A stretch of DNA of 44,551 nucleotides from Pseudomonadota bacterium (GTDB lineage Bacteria > Pseudomonadota > Gammaproteobacteria > Burkholderiales > Burkholderiaceae_C): contig JBJOKY010000001.1 in NCBI GenBank assembly GCA_046045865.1, positions 1 through 44,551 of the forward strand, given 5' to 3'. Made by a program: the position numbers and the translations under genes. Below are positions 10,268 through 18,353 of this stretch, piece after piece. How positions within the stretch are numbered: the stretch's first letter is position 1; each line of letters begins with the position of its first letter. The notes under the pieces are model-generated. The model was not told the DNA's origin. It did no database searches and was given only the letters and a program-made list of their open reading frames with translations.

Positions 10268-10307
10268 GCACGAAGGGCGCCCCTCTCGCGACGGGCGCCC
10301 TTCGTGC
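10268..10307. terminator. Hairpin between the two convergent operons, probably a bidirectional terminator
   Basis: Perfect 15-bp inverted repeat GCACGAAGGGCGCCC / GGGCGCCCTTCGTGC with a 10-nt loop. No long U-tract. Confidence 0.7.
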
Positions 10308-10342
10308 CGTGGCCGACCTGACGGTCGACCGGCCGTGCCGGA

Positions 10343-11656
10343 TCAGGCCAGCTTGAGCATCAGCTCGGCTGCAGCGGCGCGTTCATCCTCCTCGCCTTCC
10401 TGCTGCACCGCCGCCAGCAGGCTGCGTGCCACCAGGGCCCGGCCGACCTCGATGCAGGCGCGGGCGATCTCCAGCTTGAGCGCGATCTGCTCGCGCATCT
10501 CGCTGGCCGACAGCGGTTGAACGGAGGGCTGGGGGCTGGCCGTCACGTCACCCAGCCTGACCATGGCCACGGTGGGCCTGAGCGTTTCCACCGCCCGCGC
10601 GACCTCGACGGCAGCGTTGGAGATCTCGATCCGCTTGGGCTTGAGGCCGCGGCCGTCCTTGCTGTCGCGGAAGTCGCTCGACGCCGTGCGCAGGCGCTTG
10701 CGCAGGTCGGCCTGGCCGCGCCTGCGGTAGGCCCACCAGCCGATCGGCAGGGCCAGCAGCACACCCAGCATGCCGTAGGGCAGCAGGTGCAGCGGATCGC
10801 CCTGGCGGGCATCGCTGCCAGACGCGGTGCCGGCACCCGCCGGATCGGTGGAGCGCCCGACCGCAGGCGGAGGTGCCGGCACCGGCTGCACGGGTGTTGC
10901 CGCCGCGGCCGATGCCACCGTGCTGCCGCCGGCGGGCGGCACCACCGCAGGGGTTGCCGGCACGGCCGGCTGGGGTGCCGGGCGAGCCACCTCGGCTGTG
11001 GGCGCCGGCAGCACAGCCACCGCCGCAGCGCTGGCCGGAGCCGGCGCCGCCGTCTGCACCGGTGGCTGCACCGCAGGTGCTGCACGTGCCGCGCTGGCCA
11101 CCGGGCCAGGGGCCGGCGCCGGCTTGAGGACCGATGCGGACGCAGGCACCGGCACAGTGGCCGTGGCTGTGGGCGGCAGGGTCCGGGCCGGCGCCGGCTC
11201 GGCCTCCACGCTGCGGCGCAGGGGGTAGGGTGCGGGCGCACGTTCGTTCTGGTTGACCAGCTGCAGGTGGCTGTCCAGCAGCAGGGCGGCCTGCAGCGGG
11301 TCTTCGGCGGCGACATCCTCCGCGCTGGGCATGACGATGTGCACGCCGCGCTTGAGCCGGTGCAGATTGCCATACAGGAAGGCGTCCGGATTGCGCCGCA
11401 GGATCGCCACCATCGCCGCCCCCCGGGCGCCACTGGCGAACCCGACGGACCGGCTCGCCAGGCGCCACACGTTGTCGTTGGTGACGGTGGTGTAGTTCTC
11501 CGGGCCGGCGGGCGCGGCAGCAGCCTGGGGCTGGGCCACGCCGGGCATGCCCAGCAGCAGCAGGGCCAGGGCTACCCCGCTGCGTCTGAGCATTTCGTTG
11601 CCCGGCGTGATCGGGGCCAGGCTCTCGGCAGGGCTGGGCGGCATGGTGGGCTGCAT
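10343..11656 (-). CDS. Short FimV/HubP-like polar landmark protein
   Basis: Signal-like N-terminus, FimV LysM-like core (VWRLA...AMVAILRRNPDAFLYGNLHRLKRG...MPS), Ala/Pro linker, one TM helix (LLPYGMLGVLLALPIGWWAY) and FimV C-terminal motif KLEIARACIEVG...ARSLLAAVQQEG. Alternative start at 11593. Confidence 0.8.
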   Translation of the reverse strand: MQPTMPPSPAESLAPITPGNEMLRRSGVALALLLLGMPGVAQPQAAAAPAGPENYTTVTNDNVWRLASRSVGFASGARGAAMVAILRRNPDAFLYGNLHRLKRGVHIVMPSAEDVAAEDPLQAALLLDSHLQLVNQNERAPAPYPLRRSVEAEPAPARTLPPTATATVPVPASASVLKPAPAPGPVASAARAAPAVQPPVQTAAPAPASAAAVAVLPAPTAEVARPAPQPAVPATPAVVPPAGGSTVASAAAATPVQPVPAPPPAVGRSTDPAGAGTASGSDARQGDPLHLLPYGMLGVLLALPIGWWAYRRRGQADLRKRLRTASSDFRDSKDGRGLKPKRIEISNAAVEVARAVETLRPTVAMVRLGDVTASPQPSVQPLSASEMREQIALKLEIARACIEVGRALVARSLLAAVQQEGEEDERAAAAELMLKLA

Positions 11657-11661
11657 GGCGG

Positions 11662-12414
11662 TCAGACGGTGAGGGTGTGGACCATGTCGATCATGAATTC
11701 GACGTCTTCGGCCTGCTGGTTCTCGAAGCCGGCCATGCCCAGCGCCTCGAGCGCGCGCTTGCCGTCGCTGCCGGGTTCGTGCATGCCGGTGATCAGCTCG
11801 CGCAACCTGTCGTGGTACTCGGCCAGGCGCGGGCCGGCCAGCAGCACGTGGCGGATGGTGCCGATCTCGCTGCGCGCCAGCGGGCGCAGCTGACGTTTCA
11901 CGGCGCCGCTCAGGTCGTCCCAGGCCTGCGCCTGGAAGATGCCGCAATCGGCCTTGCCGCTGATGAGCTGCTTGGCCACCAGCACGTAGGTCGATGCCTT
12001 GACGATCTCGATGTTGGCCGCGGCCAGGTCGGCCGCCTCCAGCATGATCATGGCGATCATGTTGACGTCCGGGTCGTTGGTCTGCGCCACGCGCACGCCG
12101 GGCTGCAGGTCCTCGACGCGCTGCGCGGGCGAGTCGGCGGGCGCGGCGATGACGGACTCGTCGAGCTTGCCGATCGGCGCGGCGATGCTGATGAAGCCCC
12201 GCTCGCGCACCAGCATGGCGGCCACGCTGGGGCTGGCGTAGATCATGTCGATGCCGCCGGCGGCCAGGGCATCGCGCTGCTGGGTGAAGTTGTCGTGCAG
12301 CTCCAGGTGGATGCGCACGCCACCCAGGCGGCGCTGCAGCCAGGTGTTGAAGACGTACCAGCCCGCGATGTGGTCGGGCGAGAAGTCGGGGCTGACGGTG
12401 AGGGTCAAGGTCAT
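11662..12414 (-). CDS. PhnD/phosphate-phosphonate substrate-binding-fold protein lacking a signal peptide
   Basis: QRDALAAGGIDMIYASP, IAAPADSPAQRVEDL, QLISGKADCG and LARSEI..IRHVLLA match the PhnD-like pattern. ATG 12414 overlaps the PAS gene stop. Confidence 0.8.
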   Translation of the reverse strand: MTLTLTVSPDFSPDHIAGWYVFNTWLQRRLGGVRIHLELHDNFTQQRDALAAGGIDMIYASPSVAAMLVRERGFISIAAPIGKLDESVIAAPADSPAQRVEDLQPGVRVAQTNDPDVNMIAMIMLEAADLAAANIEIVKASTYVLVAKQLISGKADCGIFQAQAWDDLSGAVKRQLRPLARSEIGTIRHVLLAGPRLAEYHDRLRELITGMHEPGSDGKRALEALGMAGFENQQAEDVEFMIDMVHTLTV

Positions 12415-12914
12415 GATGTGGTCCGCCCTTCCTCGGCGATCAGTCGCGCGTACAGCTCGGCGTGTTCGGTCACCTTGCTGCGCGAGGGCTTGCGCCGCAC
12501 CGAGGTGTAGCCCACCACTTCCCCGCTGCGCACGTTGGGGATGGCGGTGGCGTAGACCCAGTAATGCGAACCGTCCTTGCGCAGGTTCTTCACGTAGCCC
12601 TGCCACTTGTCGCCGCGGCGCACGGTGTCCCACAGGTCCTTGAAGGCGGCTGCGGGCATGTCGGGGTGGCGCAGGATGTGGTGCGGTGCACCGATCAGCT
12701 CGTCGCGCTCCCAGCCCGACATCTCGACGAAGGCCGGGTTGACATGCGTGATGATGCCCTGCAGGTCGGTGCGCGAGACGATGAGCTTGCCGTCCGGGTA
12801 GTCGACCTCCTGGTCGGTGATGCGTACCTTTCGGGTGCTGCCGTCGTGCAGACGCAGCACGACCTCGCGCGCGGGGGTGGTCTGCGGCACGCTGGCCGCG
12901 AGGGCGTCGCCCAT
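12411..12914 (-). CDS. Stand-alone Aer-type PAS domain protein (predicted FAD-binding)
   Basis: IVSRTDLQGIITHVNPAFVEMSGW..ELIGAPHHILRHPDMP...LWDTV...WQGYVKNLRKDGSHYWV...YTSVR is the Aer/CetB PAS signature. No TM or MCP domain. Confidence 0.9.
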   Translation of the reverse strand: MGDALAASVPQTTPAREVVLRLHDGSTRKVRITDQEVDYPDGKLIVSRTDLQGIITHVNPAFVEMSGWERDELIGAPHHILRHPDMPAAAFKDLWDTVRRGDKWQGYVKNLRKDGSHYWVYATAIPNVRSGEVVGYTSVRRKPSRSKVTEHAELYARLIAEEGRTTS

Positions 12915-12943
12915 GGAAACACTCCTTGCCGGTTGCGCGGCGC

Positions 12944-13306
12944 TCAGATGACCTTGCTGATGGCGTCGGCGGCGCGCTTGATGTCCAGGAAGATCAGGCC
13001 CAGGCGGGCGTTGGGCTTGCACAGGGCGGTCAGCACGGCGTCGGGGCCGGCGTAGGTCATGAGCACGTAGCCCTTGCCGCCCTTGATGAGCACCTGTTCC
13101 AGCTCGCCACGGGCGAGTTCGCGCGCGGTGCGGTCACCCAGCGAAAGCATGGCGGCGCTCATGGCGCCCACGCGGTCCTCGTCCATGCCGGCGGGCAGCA
13201 TGGAGGCCATCATCAGGCCGTCGGTGGACAGCACGGCCGAGGCCTCGATGTCGGCGGTGGAGCCATTGAGTTCGCTCAGGACGGAGGTCAGGAGTTCAGC
13301 GCGCAT
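12944..13306 (-). CDS. Roadblock/LC7 domain protein (MglB-like GAP)
   Basis: IEASAVLSTDGLMMAS...DRVGAMSAAMLSLG.R...EL..GELEQVLIKG..GYV...NARLGLIFLD. Confidence 0.93.
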   Translation of the reverse strand: MRAELLTSVLSELNGSTADIEASAVLSTDGLMMASMLPAGMDEDRVGAMSAAMLSLGDRTARELARGELEQVLIKGGKGYVLMTYAGPDAVLTALCKPNARLGLIFLDIKRAADAISKVI

Positions 13307-13403
13307 GTCGTTTCCTTGTTGGGTTGACTGGGGACAGGAGAGAAGTGGTTGGAGCGGGAACGGGAGGGAACAGGGTGATCGTGTGCAGCAGCAGCCGGCG
13401 GCG

Positions 13404-14048
13404 TCAGACGGTGGCGCCGTAGCGCACGCCCAGCGTCCACATCAGCGTGGTGAAGGCTTCCTGGTTGAAGCGCGGTGCGCCGGTCAGGATCAGGATGAAG
13501 TACTCGCTGCCCATGTACAGCGGCCAGAAGCCGAGTTCGCTGGCGCCGTTGGCGGCCACCAGGCCCCAGCCGTCGCCGCGCAGGCGCAGGTTGCCGTGCA
13601 GCATCTGCGAGTGGCGTTCATGCACGCGCGCCAGGTCCGCGCCCAGGGCGGCGAGTTCCTCGGCCGTCTCGTGGGCGAAGCCGGCGGTGCCCAGGTACAG
13701 GCCGCGCTTGTCGGCCAGCAGGGCGCGGCCGTCCTCGGCCAGCTGGGCCAGCAGCGGCGGCAGCAGGGCCTCGATGCTGTCGGGCGGTACCGTCACCGGC
13801 ACGGGCAGGCCCTGGATCAGGCCGGCCGACTGCAGGCGGAAGATGAATTCCAGCGCGTCCGTGGCGCTCATGCCCATCCAGGCCTGCACCAGCTCGACCT
13901 GCAGGCGCGGCGTGGCGGCTTCGCACAGCAGGCGCTGCAGGAAGGTGCGCGCCGGCTCCCGGCTGGGCCGGCTGGCGGCGAAATACGCACCGGCCGGCGT
14001 GGGGTGGAGGAAGAAGTCGCCGGCAAGGCTGTACTGGTCGGTGGCCAT
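13404..14048 (-). CDS. Hypothetical protein with a divergent C-terminal roadblock-like domain
   Basis: ALLADKRGLYLGTAGF...AEELAALGADL resembles the roadblock beta1/beta2/alpha2 pattern. Lies between the GTPase and roadblock genes. Confidence 0.7.
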   Translation of the reverse strand: MATDQYSLAGDFFLHPTPAGAYFAASRPSREPARTFLQRLLCEAATPRLQVELVQAWMGMSATDALEFIFRLQSAGLIQGLPVPVTVPPDSIEALLPPLLAQLAEDGRALLADKRGLYLGTAGFAHETAEELAALGADLARVHERHSQMLHGNLRLRGDGWGLVAANGASELGFWPLYMGSEYFILILTGAPRFNQEAFTTLMWTLGVRYGATV

Positions 14049-14067
14049 GGTGGACGGACCTGCGCTT

Positions 14068-14604
14068 TCAGAGGACGGGGTCGATCGACAGCAGCAGCGC
14101 TTCGATCAGGGTGGAGACATCGTCGCGGCGTCGCGCGTCGATCTCGAACACCGGTGCGGTGATCTCGAGCTCCTTCATCTGGCGCACGTAGTCGTCGATG
14201 CTGGGCGTCGTGCGGGTGTCCATCTGCGTGACGCCCACCACCAGGCGGGTGTTCTCGATGAACTCGCGGAACGCGCCGATGTAGAACTTCATGTCCTCGA
14301 AGGGCGTGGGGCGCGTGTTGTCCAGCAGCAGCACCAGGCCGATGCCGCCCTTGGTGAGGATGTCCCACATGAAGTCGAAGCGTTCCTGGCCGGGTGTGCC
14401 GTACAGGTGCACCTTCTCCTTGGGCCCCAGGCGGATCATTCCGTAGTCCATCGCCACGGTGGTGGCACCCTTGCGCTTCTGCGTCATGTCCGAGGCGTTC
14501 TCGTCCGTGCGGATGGGCTCGATGTCGCTGATCGATGCGATGGCGGTGGTCTTGCCGGCGCCCACGGGGCCGGTGAAGATGATCTTGTGGTCGGTATGGG
14601 CCAT
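14068..14604 (-). CDS. MglA/CvnD-like small GTPase
   Basis: G1 GPVGAGKTT, G2 TTVAMDYG, G3 GTPGQERF, G4 TQMD, G5 DAR. Confidence 0.93.
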   Translation of the reverse strand: MAHTDHKIIFTGPVGAGKTTAIASISDIEPIRTDENASDMTQKRKGATTVAMDYGMIRLGPKEKVHLYGTPGQERFDFMWDILTKGGIGLVLLLDNTRPTPFEDMKFYIGAFREFIENTRLVVGVTQMDTRTTPSIDDYVRQMKELEITAPVFEIDARRRDDVSTLIEALLLSIDPVL

Positions 14605-14677
14605 GGTCTCTCTAGGCTTGTGCGTGGGCTGTTGGTCGTGCGGACAGGGCGTGCTGGCTGGCGTGGGCTGAGCCGGG

Positions 14678-16621
14678 TCAGTGGTTCAGCCAGCCGAGCA
14701 GGCGGGTCAGCAGGCCGCGGTTGTGGTGCTTGCGCTGGGCGCGCCGGATGTGGCTGCCGTCCTCGGTGACCAGATCCAGCGCGGCCATGCCGTTGTAGAA
14801 CGCGATGACCTGGCGCTGCGGCACACCGACCAGCTTGGCGGTCTCGATGATGGAGGCGCCGCGGGTTGCCCACAGCGCCGCCATGCGCACCGAGTGCGGC
14901 GTGCGTTCGATGCGGGTGAAGTTGGGCCAGTGCTTGAGGTAGATGGTGCGGGTCACGTCCACGCCCGCAGGCAGGCGCCCGGCGCCTGTCAGCATGCCGC
15001 CGCGCCACAGCAGCTGGTCCAGGCGCAGCAGCTTGCCGGGCTGGGCCAGCACGGCTTCGAACTCGCGGGCTTCCTGGCGGTTGAGCGTGCGGGTCTTGGG
15101 ACGCTTGGCGAGCGGCGTTGCCCACATGCCGGCGAACTTGGCGGGATCGAACTCGCAGTACAGCCGACCCTGTGCGGTGTCGACCACGACACGGCCGAGC
15201 GGCAGCTCGATGTGGGTGGGCACGCGCCACTTGCCGCCCACCAGCCAGGCCTCGCGCAGTGCGCCGACCACGTGATCGGCCAGTTCGTAGCGCAGGCTGG
15301 CGTCGCTGTTCCAGCGCGTCGTGGGCAGATCCTCGCGGTTGCCGCACAGCAGGGCTTCGTCGACGAAGGGCTGGGCCGCCTGGGCCTGGCCGCCCAAGGG
15401 GCTGGCGCTGCGTGGCACGGCCGGCTCGGCGGCGGCTTCCGGTTGTGCCGGTGTGGTGGATGCCCTGGCCGCAGGCTGTGCGTCGGTCCTGGTGGCGGCC
15501 GGCGCCGCCTTGGGCGCCGCGGCCGGCAGGCTGGCCTCCGGCGTGCCTTGCACGGCGGTCTTGCTGCCGCTGGTCGTGCCAGCTGCTGCAACGACAGTGC
15601 TGACGCCGGTGCCGATGGTGCTGTCGGCGGCCGACGGCCGGGTGGCGCTGGTGGTGGCAACCTCGCCCACGAACAGCTTGCGCAGGAAGCCGCCGACCTT
15701 GCCGCCCAGGCTGTTGGCCGGGGCTGCAACTGGTGGCCTTCTGGCCGCCGGTGCGCCGCTGGGCGGGCTGATGAAGCCTGGCTGGCTGCCGCGCGGCAGC
15801 GCCGGGGCGGCGGCGGCCGGGGTGCTCGCCATCGTGGTCGGGATGATGTCGGGCAGGGTGGACCTGGTCGGTGCAGTGCCGGCATCCGTCGAGGCTAGGG
15901 CGACCGCAGCCGAGGGTGAAGGCGTCGCCACTGCGGTGGACGGCAGGGACGATGTGTCTGCCGATGCGGCCGCAGGTGTCGCCGTGGCGGCGGTCACCGG
16001 CTCGGTGGTCCGCGGGGCCAGGCTGGCCGCCAGTGCCGCAGTGGCCGGTTCTGCCGCGGCAGCCTGGATGGGTTCAGCGACGGGCCCTGGTTGGAGTGCC
16101 GGGCTGGCACTGGCTGCCTGCGCCGCCGCGGCCATGGCGGCCGCCACCGGTGCCATCTCGGTATGGGCCATCGGTGGCATGACCGGGATCGTGCCGGGCG
16201 CAGCCGGCCGTGGTGGCGGCGGCGCCGGTGGCAGTTGGAAGGCGGCGGGAGCGCTGGTCTGAAGTCTGCCGGCGGTCACGTTGGCGGCCGCGGCCAGCAG
16301 GGCGGCCGGTGTGATGGGCTTGGCGACCGGGGTGGTGTGCTCCAGCAGGTGAGGCTGCATCGACAGCATGATCCCCGGCTTGCCGTAACGCTGGTGGAAC
16401 TGCAGCCAGTGGGCGCGTGAGTCGGGGTGGTCGTGGTCGAACACGGCCGCGTCGGCCTGATCCTCGCGCGCTGCGGTGAAGCTCGAACGGCCCGTGTTGG
16501 CGATGAAGAAGTCCAGCACCGCCTGGGTGCGCGGAGGCAGGGAGAGCAGCACGACCTTCAGTCGGCCTGGGGGTTTGGTGGCGTCCACGGTGGTCGAAGG
16601 CAAGGTTGAAGTGGGGCTCAC
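14678..16621 (-). CDS. Hypothetical protein: receiver-like N-domain, long Ala/Pro/Thr linker, folded C-domain
   Basis: ADAAVFDHD...IMLS...VAKPITPAALL (REC-like). C-domain YLKHWPNFTR...FYNGMAALDLV. Amphipathic tail GLLTRLLGWL. GTG start overlaps the upstream stop. Confidence 0.8.
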   Translation of the reverse strand: MSPTSTLPSTTVDATKPPGRLKVVLLSLPPRTQAVLDFFIANTGRSSFTAAREDQADAAVFDHDHPDSRAHWLQFHQRYGKPGIMLSMQPHLLEHTTPVAKPITPAALLAAAANVTAGRLQTSAPAAFQLPPAPPPPRPAAPGTIPVMPPMAHTEMAPVAAAMAAAAQAASASPALQPGPVAEPIQAAAAEPATAALAASLAPRTTEPVTAATATPAAASADTSSLPSTAVATPSPSAAVALASTDAGTAPTRSTLPDIIPTTMASTPAAAAPALPRGSQPGFISPPSGAPAARRPPVAAPANSLGGKVGGFLRKLFVGEVATTSATRPSAADSTIGTGVSTVVAAAGTTSGSKTAVQGTPEASLPAAAPKAAPAATRTDAQPAARASTTPAQPEAAAEPAVPRSASPLGGQAQAAQPFVDEALLCGNREDLPTTRWNSDASLRYELADHVVGALREAWLVGGKWRVPTHIELPLGRVVVDTAQGRLYCEFDPAKFAGMWATPLAKRPKTRTLNRQEAREFEAVLAQPGKLLRLDQLLWRGGMLTGAGRLPAGVDVTRTIYLKHWPNFTRIERTPHSVRMAALWATRGASIIETAKLVGVPQRQVIAFYNGMAALDLVTEDGSHIRRAQRKHHNRGLLTRLLGWLNH

Positions 16622-17331
16622 TGCCAGCCGGCGGGCGCGGCGCCATGGCGTTCGCGCAACCGTTCCTGCATGGCGGCCTTGGCCGCGTCGTCGCGGGCAT
16701 ATTGGTAGATGTTGAGCAACTCGCGGCTCACGTCGGCCTGGGTCGGATCGTCGAGCAGGGCCTGTTCGAGCAACTGGCGGGCGCCGTCCAGATCGCCGTC
16801 GTCGACACGCGCCATGGCGTCTTCGAAGACGGTCAGCTCGCGCGCGGCCAGGCGCTGGTGATGCACCAGCTGCAGGCTGCCCAGCACGCCCCTGTCATGC
16901 ACCGAGCCAGCCTGGGCAGGCAGCTGGGCCATCGGTGCAAGGCCGGGTTCAAGGTGCTGCTGCAGGAAGGTCAGCTCGTCCGCACCGAGGTGGGCGCGGG
17001 CCTTGTCCAGCAGGGCCGCGCGCAGGCCGCGGCCGCTGCTGCCCAGCGCCAGGAAGACGTCGAGCATGGCACCGAAAAGTCGGTCGCGGAACTCCGGCTG
17101 GCAGGCCTGCATGACGCGGCGGGCATGGGCTTCCAGGTCCAGTGCATCACGTGCCACCAAGGCGGTCAGGTAGCGCCAGGCCAGTGCCGGTGCACACGGC
17201 GGCAGCCCTGCCGCGACCTGGTCACCATGGCCGAGCACGTCCAGGCGACCGCCGCGCTGATGCACGAAGATCGGCGAGATGTCGATCGCGTCGGGAATGC
17301 CGGCGGCGCTGGCGTTGGAGTCGATGCTCAT
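16618..17331 (-). CDS. Hypothetical protein with a C-terminal TPR-like repeat
   Basis: EDAMARVDDGDLDGARQLLEQALLDDP...ELLNIY is TPR-like. Host codon usage, coupled to the next gene. Start placed at MSIDS. Confidence 0.75.
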   Translation of the reverse strand: MSIDSNASAAGIPDAIDISPIFVHQRGGRLDVLGHGDQVAAGLPPCAPALAWRYLTALVARDALDLEAHARRVMQACQPEFRDRLFGAMLDVFLALGSSGRGLRAALLDKARAHLGADELTFLQQHLEPGLAPMAQLPAQAGSVHDRGVLGSLQLVHHQRLAARELTVFEDAMARVDDGDLDGARQLLEQALLDDPTQADVSRELLNIYQYARDDAAKAAMQERLRERHGAAPAGWQ

Positions 17332-17452
17332 GGCTTCGGAGTCAGGCTGGGGCAATACGTGCTCGGCACGGCGCCGCAGCATGCGGGCCGTCCTGTACAG
17401 GCAAAGTCAGTCCCCGGGCGCGTGGCGACGCGCCCTGCAAGGATCGGGTGGC

Positions 17453-17935
17453 TCATTGGTCGAGCCCGGCTTCCACTTTGCTGGAGAGCAGGTGGCCGTG
17501 CATGGTGGCGCCGGCCTGGATCTCGATGGAGCCGTAATGCACGTCACCGAAGATGCGCGCCTGTGAACGCAGGTCGACCAGGCCGGTGGCGTAGATCGTG
17601 CCCTTGATCTCGCCGTAGACGATGACGTGCGAGACGCGCACGTCGCCTTCGATGCGGCCGTCGTTGCCGATCACCAGCGTGCCTGCGTCGATCTTGGAGA
17701 CGCTGACGTCGCCGATGACGCGACCGTCGATGCGCAGCCCGCCGGTGAAGATGAGGTCGCCTTCGATCTCGGCGTCCGGGCCGATCAGGCAATCGACCCG
17801 TTCCTGCAGCGGATCACCGGTTTCCTTGCGACGGCCGAAGAAGCCGCTGCGTGGCGCCTCGGCCGGCGTATGGCGTGCCGTGCGCCGCGGGGTCGCTTCC
17901 TCGAAGCTGCTGTTCGGTGCGCGTTGAGTGGTCAT
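17453..17935 (-). CDS. Bactofilin (polymer-forming cytoskeletal protein)
   Basis: LIGPDAEIEGDLIFTGGLRIDGRVIGDV...LVIGNDGRIEGDV...GEIKGTI...IFGDVHYGSIEIQAGATMHG beta-helix repeats. N-terminal GFFGRRK membrane-targeting-like motif. Confidence 0.93.
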   Translation of the reverse strand: MTTQRAPNSSFEEATPRRTARHTPAEAPRSGFFGRRKETGDPLQERVDCLIGPDAEIEGDLIFTGGLRIDGRVIGDVSVSKIDAGTLVIGNDGRIEGDVRVSHVIVYGEIKGTIYATGLVDLRSQARIFGDVHYGSIEIQAGATMHGHLLSSKVEAGLDQ

Positions 17936-18094
17936 GCCGGCAAGTCCATGGATCTGTAGTGGGTGGATTCAGGCCTTGCCGATGCTGCTTCATCGCCATT
18001 GCCCGTTCGTTCAGGTGCGAAGTCATGGTAGCCAGCGGGTCATGGCCGACCTAGTGTGCATACTTCGCGAACCCCCCGTTCAGGGGAGTGAGGG

Positions 18095-18110
18095 TGCAGA
18101 AATATTGCCG
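18095..18110 (-). promoter_or_regulatory. Candidate sigma54 promoter of the bactofilin-GTPase operon
   Basis: Minus strand reads CGGCAATATTTCTGCA, exact GG-N10-GC spacing, about 160 bp upstream of the bactofilin ATG. Confidence 0.45.
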
Positions 18111-18353
18111 GTCGCTGCATCTCATCCGCAAGTTGCCACCGAACCTGTCTGGACAGTGCTCTGTCGATCGATGCCGACAGCCCGGCGCGATGTGACCTAC
18201 ACCACGATTTGTCGGCTAGGCATGCCTGGCATCACCCGAACAGGTGCGCCGTTACACTCGCACCGCCGCCTGACGTCCTGATGAAGGCGATCCCGGCAGC
18301 GTGTTGTGCCACTTGCACAGAGCTTTTCCGCCCCCCTGCCCTGGTCTTGCCGA

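Noticed and set aside
17814-18026. 70-aa minus-strand ORF upstream of and overlapping bactofilin
   Set aside because: It overlaps bactofilin out of frame by about 120 bp and has no motif or clear RBS.
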